DNA of 64,000 bases from Sphaerodactylus townsendi (GCF_021028975.2 NC_059428.1:40920001-40984000), one strand, 5' to 3'; positions 1-12,180 are shown, numbered from the stretch's first letter. Numbers and translations: made by a program. Notes: generated by a model from the letters alone, not told the origin.

Positions 1-656
1 TTTTTTGACTTTGCTATGAAGACCCAGTGAAGCAGGCTTAGAGGCCTTCTCCAAGAGGGAGATAGAAAAATCCTTTCATTTTTTTTCCCCAGACAGTTTA
101 AGTAAGACCTCCGCTATTCTGGTAGCTACTTTGAAGTGGGTTTAATCTGTCCTACTGAGTGGCTGTGGGTGGGCACACAGTCAGGAAGTTATATTCCTTT
201 CATTTCTAAGGTGAGAAGAATATATTCCACCAACCCCTCATTATGATATCCCAGCATGGAGGTGTTCTGTGTCCATGACAGCCTAGTGCACTGGTCAGAC
301 TGCTGGTTAGCAGTAGACATGTGAAGACTTGGTGAGGTCAATGGAAAAATTTCCAGGATTTTTCTCTCCTCCCCTCCACACTCCAAAAATCACAAGGCTC
401 CCATTGTTGCAACATTTCCAGAAGGTTCGTCTGTGTAAGCAGGAAATATCATCAGACACTAAGGTGTATGTGGGTTTCCTGAGTATCATAAGGTAAGGAG
501 AAAACGAAGAAGAACAAGGTGCAAGGTTATGAGTATATTTACCTCTTTAGATCCCTATGCATTTTGTAATTTTTTTTAAATGACAAGTTTAGCAGTGGAA
601 TCAGTTCCCTTTCACTTGCAATCTTCAAGCAACAGCTTGTCAGGGATACTCTAGGC

Positions 657-929
657 CACAGGTGTCAAACTCGCGGCCCTCCAGATGTTATGGACTACAG
701 TTCCTATCATTCCCTGCCAGCATCATGCTGTCAGGGGATGATGGGAACTGTAGTCCATAAATACTCCGGAGGGCCACCCCTATGTTTAGGTTAGCAGGGT
801 AATTTGTTAATTAGATGTTAGACTTACTCTTCATCAGCCCCTGCCAGTATGGCCAATTGGCCATGCTGGCAGGGGCTGGTGGGAATTGTAGTCCACAACA
901 TCTGGAGTGCCAAAGGTTCGCCACCACGG
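657..929. mobile_element. Two adjacent hAT-Charlie-type palindromic MITE segments bracketed by the 8-bp direct repeat CTCTAGGC
   Basis: Left end cacaggtgtcaaactc..., right end ...ggttcgccaccacgg; internal palindromes ggactacagttcc/gggaactgtagtcc; CTCTAGGC at 649-656 and 930-937 resembles the Charlie NTCTAGAN target. Confidence 0.7.
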
Positions 930-1868
930 CTCTAGGCTGATCGTGCATTGATCAGTGGGATGGCCTGGATGGTATCTTACAACTCCATGATTCTGTGATA
1001 TCTATGATCAAGTTACTATAGGATCCTGCTGAAGAACTGAGAAAATATTTCTGAGTGAAGGCTGTATATATGAACAGATAATCTCAACTGGAAGCACAGA
1101 CTATTGGAGAGAAAAGGAATAAAGGACTGGAGAGAGGATTCTGAGCACTGTATTCTTTGTACAAATGCTATCTTTCCTGTAAAAAAATTCTTCCATATTG
1201 TTTCCCTCTCCTAAAACTGTTTTTCCTTACATAGATTTTCTTATACAGATTATTTACATAAAATTCTGACCTGAGTCACAGGGATTTGTAATTGAGAGTT
1301 AAATGAAGAAAGAAAATCACATTTATTTTAGACTGATTAATTTGATTCAAATTGACACTGCCCAAATGTACCGGAGCAAGACAGTTGAAATTGATGCAAA
1401 TGTAAATTAGAATTGGATAACAATTGGTGGACAGTGATGGTATCAAAGTTGCAAGATGGGTCAAGAAGCAGAATTAAGAAACTTTCAAAAACAATCAAAA
1501 GTCCATGTAACTTCTTCACAATAGAGAGTTGTAACTGGAACTGAACTCCCACTGTTTAAGTTATAAATCTATTGGAAAAACGCATTACTGAAATTTTAAA
1601 AAGAGTAATTACCACTTTTTACAAGACCAGGAGTTAAGATTTTGAATGTCCACCATAAAAAACACATCTGGTCATGGGGTGCTTAGTTTCTGAAGATAGA
1701 AGACTCAAGGAAAGTACAGGAAATTATTTTTATGAGTGCACATGCTGGGATACAAACCACTGAGGAGTGACATTGCTAATAAAATGCTGACATCTATGAA
1801 TTGTAAAAGAAAAAAATTGAATTTTTAACTTGTCATATTCTGAGATGATGAAATGGTATTAGGATTGT

Positions 1869-2164
1869 AAAAGTAAAGGTAAAGTTTCCCCTTCAGTCGG
1901 TGTCGGACTCCTTAAAGTACCTACTCTCTAGCAGTGATTTTATAGGCAAGCCTCTTTGGGGGGTAGCTTGCCATTGCTTTCCCCGGCTATTCTTTACTCC
2001 CTAGCTATGAGCTAGGACTAGGTACTCATTTAACAACCAAGAAATGAATGGATGGCTGAGTTGACCATGAGCCAGCTGCCAAGATATGTGACCCATAGGG
2101 GGCTCGAACTCCTGACCGTGTGAGTGGCAGTGCAAGCACTTAACCACTACACCATGCAGCTCCT
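1869..2164 (-). mobile_element. Sauria SINE (tRNA-derived head, ACCTTT-type tail)
   Basis: Tail aaagtaaaggtaaag at left; reverse-complement head ggagctgcatggtgtagtggttaagtgc...caggagttcgagccc with A/B boxes at right. Confidence 0.8.
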
Positions 2165-3284
2165 ATAATAGGATTGTAGTCTACTGCAATTATTTACTGT
2201 TATGAATCATCTTGTTTTTGCTATTCTGTCTTCTACCTATGTAACTCACTGTCTGCATTATTCTATTCTCTACTTTTCTGTTTTCTATTTGCATTGTTTC
2301 CTACTGTTGTAATTCTGGTACTATTGAATTGTTTATTGAATGTCTCATGATGTCTGACTAAATTGGGGTTTTTATATTTTGTAATCTGCCTTGAGTCACA
2401 GTGAGAAGGATGGGTGATAAATGAAGTAAATAAAATTACACTGTGTCAGTCCATCAAGCTATTCTGGTCTATATTGTCAGTTCTGGCTGGCAATGGCTCT
2501 GTAGGGTTTTGGATAGATGTCTTTCAAATCTCCTATCCAATCTTTTAAAATGGAGATGCCAAGGCTGAATCTGAACGCGATACCTCTGAGTCATGACTTA
2601 GATTTAGTATGCAATAATATACAGAGTTCTTTTCACTTTAGAAGTCAGTTCTAAAGTGATTCAGTTCAGAGATGCTTTAACTCAGCTATTCGCTGCTGCA
2701 CTCAAAGATTCCTCCAATGAGCAAACGATAACCACAATTAATTGGAATCACCTATTTGGAAAGGAGGATTGGGAAAGTGGTGCTGTGCTCACCCTCAGCA
2801 CAATTGATAGGAATCACAAGGCTGTGGAATCAGCAAGAACAATATCTTGATTTAAATAACATATTAACGTCAAGTTGTGAGCAACCATGTCGTATTAGTA
2901 CCTTGGCCAATTATTCCCACAAGGGTGGGTTCTTCACGAGGCATTGGAGACTTGAAATCAACACTGATTTATTATGTCAGGGCCCAGGGCATGCAATGAC
3001 TTTTGTGAGTGTGGATTTGAACCTCCTCTCTCAAATGCTAGTCCCATTCACTCCAGCACATTCTTATATCTTTTGTAAAAGGACAAATTACATTTTGAGA
3101 GGACATGGGTTTCTAAGGCTAAAAGTGTGGGGAAAGAACCAGACACTGCAGAACTATGCAGACTATCAACTGGTCATTTTGGAAGAAAAGAGATGGAAGT
3201 TATCTATTTTAGCGTAAATCTGCATCCTACTGTGAACTGCTGCAGCAGTGGATTGGTTACAAATAGGGATTATTTGTTCTAAAG

Positions 3285-3492
3285 TGGATAGCTCAAGCTA
3301 GCCTGTATTTATCAGATCTCAGAAACTAAGCAGGGTGTGCCCTGGTTTATATTTGGATGGGAAACCACCAAGGAAATCCAGGATCAGAACACAGGGACAG
3401 GGAATGGGGAAAAAAATAAGAAAGTCTCTTGCCTTGAAAACCATAAATAGTCACCGTAAATCAGCTGTGACCTGATAGCAAAAAACAACAAC
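3285..3492 (+). mobile_element. 5S-rRNA-derived SINE (5S-Sauria-like) with BovB-type 3' end
   Basis: atcagatctcagaaactaagcagggt...tttggatgggaaaccacc resembles the 5S internal control region; followed by tcttgccttgaaaacc...gtcaccgtaaatcagctgtgacctga. Confidence 0.7.
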
Positions 3493-3638
3493 ACCCACCC
3501 ACCTCACAACAGTTATTTGTCACCACTGTTTTAAATAGGAAACATACTTCCAGCTGTAACTTTTTTCATCTTCCTTCCTACTGGGATGAATATTTTGTAG
3601 TTTTTACCCTCATCCATTGGATCCTGCATAGTAAGAGA

Positions 3639-4146
3639 GGTTGATTCTGCACAGCAAATGTATAACAGGTTGCAGTCATTATAAAGGAACCCATTTTCTT
3701 TTTCCCCCATTCATATATCTGCTGTGCAGGCAGCGATTGGAGCCCATGGAAACAATCTGGGTTGCTTTCACGTCTTCACACTGAGACATTTCTCTTTTTT
3801 TAAAAAAAATCATTCAATATATGCATAACTGCACAGCATACAGAAATGAATTGCTGCAACCATGCTGATCGTTCCACAATATGATCGGCTGCACCTGCAT
3901 AACTGTGCATGTACAAGATGCAAAAGAAAAGAGGAACCTCCCTGCAATGGGAGGGCAATGGCAACTGGATTCTCCCTGACTGTGGATGATTTGATGGAAG
4001 GGAGGGAACTCCAGTGCCTCCTGCCTGGCCTTTCGTGTGGGAGTGACTCCAACCCAGGATTTTGCAAAAGGATCACTGGTTTAGGGATTTTTGAAAATCC
4101 CAGGTTGAGGGAACGTTTTGGGTACGGGACCTGTGCAAAGTCCCCC
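3639..4146. mobile_element. Degenerate non-autonomous PIF/Harbinger-like element
   Basis: Ends ggttgattctgcacag / ctgtgcaaagtcccc are imperfect TIRs related to the other Harbinger-type termini here; TSD not confirmed. Confidence 0.45.
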
Positions 4147-4172
4147 CCCCACCCCCCACAATGGTTTGTATT

Positions 4173-4604
4173 CAGAGGTGGGATCCAGCAGGTTCTCACA
4201 GGTTCCCGAGAGTAGGTTACTAATTATTTCCAGGTGTGCCTATTAGAGGGGTTACTAATGGGTGATTTTTTGCCCATAATGCGGATTTTTTTTGGCCTTT
4301 AGTTACGCCTCTCCTCTCAGCAGCTTAGCCAAGCAGAACTTGAAGCAGCTCTAACAGGAGGTGCACTCCTGGTGGGCGTGGCAGCCTGGGCGCCTGCTGC
4401 GCAAGCTGCATTCAAGCTTCCTCATGGGCCAAGGACTTATGACTGCCAAGCGCCTCTTGCCACAGCCCTGCCCAGGAATGCCCTGCCCCCGGAATGCCCG
4501 GCCACGCCTCCGTTGTGCCCCACCCAGCCCCATTGGCGCTATGCCACAGTTTGAATCCCACCACCGTGGGAACCTGTTACTAAAATTTTTGGATCCCACC
4601 ACTG
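4173..4604. mobile_element. Non-autonomous hAT transposon, 432 bp
   Basis: TIRs cagaggtgggatcc / ggatcccaccactg; exact 8-bp TSD TTTGTATT (4165-4172, 4605-4612); GC-rich interior. Confidence 0.9.
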
Positions 4605-4656
4605 TTTGTATTGCATCCTACACCCATTATATTTGCTCTGTGTGGACTCCACCAGT

Positions 4657-4896
4657 GAGAGCCAGCATGGTGTAGAGTTTAAGAGCAGTAGACTCTAATC
4701 TGAGGAATCAGGTTTGATTCCCAATTCCTCCACATGAAATCTGTCACATGACCTTGAGCCAGTCACATTCATAACTCTCTCAGTCCCACCTACCTCACAA
4801 GGTGCCTGTTGTACGGAGAGGAAAGGAAGGACATTGTAAATCACTTTGAGCCTCCCTACATGAGAAAAAGGTGGGGTATAAGAACTAACTCTTCTT
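4657..4896 (+). mobile_element. Squam3-like tRNA/CORE SINE
   Basis: gagagccagcatggtgtag...ggtttgattccc head, tgaccttgagccagtcac CORE-like motif, ctcttctt tail. Confidence 0.85.
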
Positions 4897-5056
4897 GTTG
4901 TTGTCAGATGGCAACTGCGATGAACATCCTCTTAGCTTCCTATAATACCAAGGTAGGATAACCACTGACTCTTATTTTTCCCACCTTTTCACTTCAAGGA
5001 CTGGGGTGTCTCAAAAATATGGTAGCATGAACTAGGGAATCACTTTCCCTCAGACA

Positions 5057-6072
5057 TGTTATCACAAACCAGAAGGCAAAGGGATTCCCATTGACTTATT
5101 TTTCTTTCCTTCTCAGATACTCCCCACACAAGGCACATTAAAATAAATACACTGAGACAGAAGTTAACTTAAACTTTATTTAACAGGCAGAGGAGATGGT
5201 AAAGAAGTGGATAATTAAACTTGGAGAAGGATGGCTAAGTCAAATTAGGCAAGAAAATATATATTTACATTAATGACATAAGACAGCTTGGCACAGACAC
5301 TTATAGTTTTTGGTTTCTTTAGCACAGCACTCAACATTACTTGATTCAGTTTAGCTTAGATATTTGTTTCAGAGATGTTGTTTCATACGATGGTACAGTT
5401 CTTTATATTTCAGATGTTCTCTGGCTCACACTCAGGGTCTAACTGCGGCTGACACTTAACAATGTGCCCTCACAAGCCTCACATAGTTAGATAACCCTCA
5501 TAATAAACATAAAACACTCTCTTCAGAGGAACACAAAGCAAAACTCAATACCCCAGACAGGAATTCTTGTCACACTTGAAGATATTCATTACTGGTGTAT
5601 ATCTATCTTGTTCTTCAGCTTGGCCTCTTTATAAACCCAACCACCAGTACACTGTAGTCTGTGTATTGTGTGCTTATACCACAGCACACAGGGCTGTCAC
5701 CATAGTGGAGCACTTTCCTCAGAGATAATGTTCTTTTCCAGCAATGGTGAACAGTTGTTCCTGTCAGGAACTCAAAATTCCCAAAGCCTCTCAGATTGTT
5801 GTAACAAGGGAGATATCCTTCTTCCTCCTCTGCATCATGCAGTTACTTGCCAACTCAGAATGCAGGAGGCCACAGCCTATCTGGTGGCTCCTCTGTTCCT
5901 AGGCCTTTCCTGCCTCAATCTGAAGGTAAACAGTATTTTTCTTAAACAGAACTGCGCTTTAAAAATCATATTTCTACTGCAGTCTGTCACAGTAACGAAC
6001 AGGAAAAACCATCTCTCTTAAACAGCCAATTAAATTCTCACTTGCATAATGGGGACAGGGCAGTATTTGACA
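5057..6072 (-). mobile_element. Probable solo LTR (~1 kb)
   Basis: Begins tgttatcac and ends tttgaca (TG...CA); minus-strand AATAAA at ~5175 and TATAAA-like motif at ~5630; no clean TSD seen. Confidence 0.45.
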
Positions 6073-6185
6073 ATCCCAGAAGGCAGGCAGAAAAGCAAAG
6101 CAGAGAGAGAAAAATATTCAATACTCCAGGAGACAGTTATCTAAACAGCAAAACACATATGCACACACACAAACTATAGATTATC

Positions 6186-6216
<31 letters not shown>

Positions 6217-6388
6217 GTGTGGTCAAGTTGCAGATATAGCAACCCCTGGTGGATTTTTAAGGCAAGTGAATAAGCAGATGTGGCTTGCCATTTCCTTCCT
6301 CTGCAGAGTCTTCCTTAGAGGATTCCCTTCCAAGTACCAACCCAGCTTAGCTTCCAAGAGCTGATAAGATTGGGCTATACCATGCCAT
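6186..6388 (-). mobile_element. 5S-derived Sauria-type SINE with (CA)n tail
   Basis: (GT)n at 6186-6213, then aaagtgtggtcaagttgcag...gcttagcttccaagagctgat; reverse match to the copy at 35.4 kb. Confidence 0.75.
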
Positions 6389-6804
6389 TCTACATCCACA
6401 TTCTGTTATATAGGTTAACAATAACAAAGAAACAACACAGCATCAAAGGAATTGGTTATTGCCCAGCCTGTAAGACTGGCAAAGACTGACACTGGCAAAG
6501 AAATAGCCAGGCTCATCCTAGGTAATGTAAAACTCTCATAACATTCCCAAGGCCATGAAGCAGTTAAACGATTGCTAGGAATGCTGAACATAAACCTATC
6601 GAATGTCAAAATCAACATAAACTCTTGTTGGCTGGACTAACTGCTTGTCACATTACTTGCTGATTTTCTCTTTCCCACTGCCTTGGGTAACAGGCAGTGA
6701 TGCCCAGAAGGCACTAGAATGGAGGTTAGCAACCTTTCCTGATTATTTCTACTTTGGATTTGATATAATAGACATATTAAAGAATAGGATTATTCATTAG
6801 GGAA

Positions 6805-6955
6805 TTTGATTAGTGAACTGCACATCCACGGTTACAGGATATATATAAATCTATATCTATATCTATATTTGATTAGTGAACTGCACATCCACTGTTACAG
6901 GATATATATAAATCTATATATATCTATAAATATAGATATAGATATAGATAGATAT
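6805..6955. repeat. Tandem duplication of a ~63-bp unit plus (ATATAG)-type microsatellite
   Basis: atttgattagtgaactgcacatccac(g/t)gttacaggatatatataaatctata occurs twice. Confidence 0.9.
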
Positions 6956-7236
6956 ATGGTTATTTTCTCCTCCATCTCTGTTCCAAATATTATTTGTTCT
7001 AAGAAACAGAATAATTATGGTAACTGCTGTATAGGTCTTTAAGCATAAATTGCTGGAGTCTTGTTTTTATTACAGGTAACCTCATACATTTTGGCAGACA
7101 CTGTTCTTTTACCTAATTATTATTGCAAAGGAGAAACATAGGCTTTGGGGGTTTTTTAAGTCATTTATCACAAGAGTTTAACTGTTGAGTTTGCTGGATT
7201 ACCACCTCTGACCTTAAGAAGCAAGAATAAGACAAA

Positions 7237-7397
7237 GGGCACTTTCACACATACTGAGTAATGCACACTCAGACCTCTTTCAATGGCCTTTAACGATGGT
7301 TTGCAAGTGGATTTATCTGTTCCAGATAATAAAATCCACCTGCAAAGTGTGTTGAAAGTGGTTGGAAAGTGCATTTTCTGTATGTGTGAAAGTACAC
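7237..7397. mobile_element. Harbinger-type MITE (161 bp), left member of a doublet
   Basis: TIRs gggcactttcacacatac / gtatgtgtgaaagtacac; flanks AAA / TAA. Confidence 0.75.
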
Positions 7398-7400
7398 TAA

Positions 7401-7541
7401 GGCTCCTTCTGCACATGTAAAATAGTGCACTCTCAATCCACTTTCACAATTGTTTGCAAGTGGATTTTGCTATTCGGCACAGCTGCAAAGTGCATTGAAA
7501 GTAGATTGAAAATGCATTATTCTGCATGTGTGGAAGGGGCC
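7401..7541. mobile_element. Harbinger-type MITE, 141-bp family
   Basis: TIRs ggctccttctgcacatg / catgtgtggaaggggcc; exact TSD TAA; same length and sequence family as 43442-43582 and 49715-49855. Confidence 0.85.
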
Positions 7542-9311
7542 TAAGTCTCCAAATATCACGTCAATGGATTCTGTTAAAAACTTGTTTTGATCATGGATGC
7601 TGCATCACTTTCCAACACAGAGCAGAAGTGAAATACACAGCTGTATGCAACTTCTTAGGCACTTTCCTGAAGACTCTCATTTGAGTCATGAGAATATCAA
7701 TCCTCATTCTCCCTTGAGGTCACAGTATCACACACTATTTCTCCAAAAAACAAAAGTTAAAAAGAACAACTCTAAACAGTTTACACTAAAAATATTTCTA
7801 ACAATCTTTCATGATTACTGTACAGCTCGTTCGTAATTCTTAGAGACCAGAGGCTCTTCTAGTGAGTCCTGGTGTCTCAGTTTCAAGCCCCTTCCTTGCT
7901 TTTTGAGCCTTTCCAGCACCACTGATGAGAATGAACAGATAAAATTACTATAATACCATATTAAAGTCCTACTCAAGTTTATCCAAGGAAGGCTCTGATG
8001 ATTCACAGGTGACTTTCCAGCAGCTAACCTCTCTCTATCTTTGTGTGCTTCTTGCTGTTCATGCAGTCCTGCCAAGTCAGCTGGTGTTAATTATAACATT
8101 CTATAATGCCAGAGGACCATTCACAGTGCATGTGCTGGCGAGACGGATGCACTGAGAGCAGACAAATTCCTTTTCTAAAAAGAACAGGAACAGCTATCTT
8201 TCTGAATTTGCATTCTAGGATGAATGTTGGTGAACCTGGAACAGACTCAAACTGATTGAGAAAAATGTGAGGGGTGGTATGGAACCTGGCTTTTTATAAA
8301 TATCTTGGGTTTGTGGAAGAAAACCACTTCCTCATATGGAATACCACAGTTCCATTTAGTGGTGGTGCTCGTAGGTACAAGGATGTTGTAATATCCAGCA
8401 ACTGGTGCTGAGCGCAACTGAAGGAAGAAAGAAAGCCCATGCATAATCGGAGGGGAGGAGAGTCCTCATTAGCTCAACAGTAACAGTGGCAGGCCTGAGT
8501 CAGAGTGCAATCCTCAGAAGGTAAACCTTCTGCAGAAGTCAATACTCTTTAGACGGATATACATCTGCTTCGGATTGCACAGCAGTTCTTCTGCAGATGT
8601 CCACAGTAGGCTGTGCATGGCTACCTAGATGCTTGAAAGCTGCCATGGTCATCTGCACAAGTGCAGTGCTTCTTCTGAGCCAGTTGTGCAATCAGCCGCT
8701 GCACAGATGGACCAATTAGGTTTTACACCGCACACATCACCATACTGGCTGCTGCCCAGTAAGTCTGAGAGAAAACTTCACCGTAGGGTGATGAATTCCT
8801 GAAATATGTCTGCATTTGCTTTATTTGATGAAAGGTAACTAGAAAAAATGGAGGACAATAGGCACAGAACATATATTTTGATTTTCTGGAGATTAATAAA
8901 GCATTTTGTTGCTCAAGAATATTTCCTTGTTGCAGATCTTTTCAGTGAGGTCAGCTAACAATCGTCCAATTATTTTTGTCCCCCAAAGGTGGGACAGGGG
9001 ACGGGTCCAAATGCTATACTCAGCAAAGGGTCCAGGTAGCAAAATCATATTCTTCAGAATTCAGCACAGAACATTACTAAGAACCATTGAAAATATCCCC
9101 TTCTGCCCAGCCACCTATACATGGCCAGTGGCTTGCCTCCACCAGACCCTACTATTCTTTTTTCTATGGCCTGTCTTGCCTTTTCCAGATTTCAGTGTTT
9201 GGGGTCTACCCACTTCCAGCAAATGCAGGGTATTCTGCCATCTAGTCCTCAGCTTCCTCCTCCTCATTGGCATGCTTTAAGGATATTACCACCGCAGGCT
9301 AGCAATCTCTT

Positions 9312-9705
9312 AAGAATATAAGAACATAAGAACAAGCCAGCTGGATCAGACCAGAGTCCATCTAGTCCAGCTCTCTGCTACTCGCAGTGGCCCACCAGGT
9401 GCCTTTGGGAGCTGACATGTAGGATGTGAACGCAATGGCCTTCTGCGGCTGTTGCTCCCGATCACCTGGTCTGTTAAGGCATTTGCAATCTCAGATCAAG
9501 GAGGATCAAGATTGGTAGCCATAAATCAACTTCTCCTCCATAAATCTGTCCAAGCCCCTTTTAAAGCTATCCAGGTTAGTGGCCATCACCACCTCCTGTG
9601 GCAGCATATTCCAAACACCAATCACACATTGCGTGAAGAAGTGTTTCCTTTTATTAGTTCTAATTCTTCCCCCCAGCATTTTCAATGTATGCCCCCTGGT
9701 TCTAG
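9312..9705 (-). mobile_element. CR1 LINE 3' end (ORF2 C-terminus and 3'UTR)
   Basis: ORF 9506-9727 contains RTRGHTLK...RKHFFTQCVIGVWNMLPQEVV...FKRGLDRFM, typical CR1 ORF2 end; aagaacat repeat tail. Confidence 0.9.
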
Positions 9706-11057
9706 TGGCAATCTCTTGGATTGCCACTTGACTGCAGCCCTACAATATTTCCCTGCCAGAATCCCCACCATCTCCTAACCATCTTTCATGTACTTTTAAC
9801 CCTTTAGAAATAGTAATCTCTTTTAATCTAAACATCTCCTTAGACAGATGTTTTTAATGTCCCCTTGACTAATAGAAAAAAGCAGCATTGGACATATACA
9901 TGATAACCTAAATACATGCATGTGTGTTTATTTATTAGTTGCTCCAAAGACTGAAAGTCCTTTTTTTATTAGATTGGTACCACCTGTGTAGGGGCATACA
10001 TGGTCTCCAGAGCCTGTTAGAGGGCTCTAAATGTTTCCAGTGCTACTTGATTAAAGGCTTAACATATCCTGCTGGAACGCTTTGCATAATTTGCACTGGG
10101 CTTCAGTGTACGCCATTACATTCTTTTAAGTATTTCTTTGGTGCAAAGTTGCAGCTTATTAAAAAGAAAAGGGGGGATGTAGCTCTGAATATATTTCCAA
10201 GGCTTCTATGCCTTACTATCTCTGCATGGTTGTAAAAATGTGTTTTCAATTATTTTTAAAACCCTTGATTCAACTTAGTTTGAGAAAGTCAAGATGTACA
10301 GTATATTTTTTTTACAAAAATGCCCAAACAACATAATATGCATTTGAACTCTGCAAAGACCCAAGGAAGCATTCAGATGCAGAAGTGCCAAGTATTGATT
10401 TTAGATCAATTCATGGTTCAAATGATGATATGTAAAACAAACAGAAAAAAGTTGAAAAATGAAGGAAATATTATTAAATCCTGAAAAAAATACAGCTTGC
10501 GTTTGTCTAAAATAATTCTTCATTCTACTTTAAACACTATACCAAGTGTATAACTGACAAAATATTTGGATTTAATTTGTGCCAGGATGAAGACAGTTTG
10601 ATTGAGTACATTTATGATGTCCTTCAATTTGCCCATTCTTCTTCCATCATAATTACTGGTTCTTCATGCTAATATAAGCCTTTTAGACATATGCATGTTG
10701 TCAAATAGAATCATGAAGCTAGAAGGCCTCATCTCTCTCTTGATTGTTTGTTTGCTGGCACAATGATTGGAAGGGTAGAGACACACAGGAACAGAATCAC
10801 GCAATGCTGCAAGTTGTTTCCAAGCAAAAAACCAGAAGTTACATTAGTACAGCATGCAACACTCTAGGACTCAGCCTGAAATGCTGTTGCAATGTCATAT
10901 GGCACCTCCCTGCTTTCTCCCCAATGCTTAGTGGAGAAGGGCAACACAGTGGAAGCTCCTCTCCTAGAAGCAGGCAATTGGCAACTCCACAACAGTGTTA
11001 TAGAACAAAAGATCCTAGTATTCATTACAGGAAACTAGCAGAGCAGTCCTAAACACA

Positions 11058-11652
11058 GGCCCTTTCCGCACTGCGGAAAGGGCGCCCCTGCACCGGCAGG
11101 AATTCTGCCGGTGGAGGGGTGGGGGTCGTTCGCACAGGAGTGTGTGAGCGGCCCCTGCAGAGGCTGGCGCGGGAAAGGTGGCTCCGCACAGAGCCGCCTC
11201 TTCCCCGCCCCCCCCCCACTCACCTCGTCGTCCTGCCTCGCTCTGCTGGACTCCTAAGACCCGCCCACGCTGCCCTCTGACCTGCAGGGGTCGGAGGACA
11301 GCGAGGGAGGGTCTCAGCAGTCCAGTAGAGCCGCTTACGCCAAGATCGGCGAGGTGTAGTAATGGGAAGGGGAAAACAGCGGGTTCCTGGCCGGTGCCGT
11401 TACCGCGACGGGCGCTGGCGGGGAACGACACTGTTCAAAAAAATCTCCCTCCAGGAGGGGAGGTTTTTGGAGGCGAGCCTGACGCCCAGCTCTGGGGAGG
11501 TGTGGAGGGGAGCCAGGGCAAGCGCTGCTGCGCGATTTTCCAGCAAGCGCCCGCCTGTCAATGCGAAACGACTCCCTAAAGGGGACGGGCGTTTTTTGCA
11601 CCCATCGCGGAAAGGGCCAGAGACCCAGACCCACGTCGCGGGGAAAAGGGCC
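11058..11652. mobile_element. GC/CpG-rich non-autonomous Harbinger-type element (595 bp), left member of a doublet
   Basis: TIRs ggccctttccgc / gcggggaaaagggcc; flanks ACA / AGA; many CpGs retained; accounts for the spurious ORFs at 11.0-11.7 kb. Confidence 0.8.
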
Positions 11653-11655
11653 AGA

Positions 11656-11774
11656 GGCTGATTCCGCATAGGCCAAAAACAGCCGTGTGAAAATGGTGTG
11701 AAAATGGTGTAAAAGGGTTTAAAACGGTTTATACTGTTTTCACATCACTGTTTTTGGCCCATGCGGAATCAGCC
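11656..11774. mobile_element. Harbinger-type MITE, ~120-bp family
   Basis: TIRs ggctgattccgcat / atgcggaatcagcc; exact TSD AGA; related to 45745-45862 and 47633-47758. Confidence 0.9.
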
Positions 11775-11870
11775 AGAGTTACACCCTTCTAAACCTATTG
11801 ATTCCACCTGCCTGAGATTGTATTGTAGGTCTGCTAAATTAATTTGAAACCCACCAAAGTTTGCAATAGA

Positions 11871-12180
11871 AGCCTTTTCCACACAGACCATTTAAAATGC
11901 TTAGGAAACATTTTAAAAAGAACCATTTGGCCTTTTTTTGTCTGCATAGTGTGCAAAAACTAAGTATTTCAGGAGAAAATGGTGCTTTTGTCTGCCATTT
12001 TCTGCCACTTCAGTTTGATTTTCCATGCTGCCTGCTATTTTCTGATTCTTTCCCTCAGACATTTCTTCTGCTGGCATCGTGGCTGGGTGCTATTTCAGTG
12101 ACTGAAGTACACAAATGAACTCAGTTGTACCTGTTAATTGTGGCAACGTGTCATTTTCCCCTTTTGTTTCTGAAAACATT
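11871..12180. mobile_element. Partial copy of the 857-bp Harbinger-type element
   Basis: agccttttccacacagacc...ctgccattttctgccacttcagtttgatt...aactcag matches the reverse complement of ~17140-17438. Confidence 0.7.

Noticed and set aside
2756-3217. 153-aa ORF
   Set aside because: TTG start, no motif, no convincing splice context.
3285-3380. 5S rRNA gene
   Set aside because: Degenerate and fused to a LINE-derived tail; it is a SINE head (likewise at 6.3 and 35.4 kb).
7822-8425. Minus-strand coding-exon candidates (VLERLKKQGRGLKLRHQDSLEEP...; LRSAPVAGYYNIL...)
   Set aside because: Plausible acceptors but weak or absent donors and no recognisable protein match.
11015-11676. Six overlapping ORFs of 60-140 aa
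   Set aside because: Explained by stop-codon scarcity in a GC-rich TIR-bounded element.
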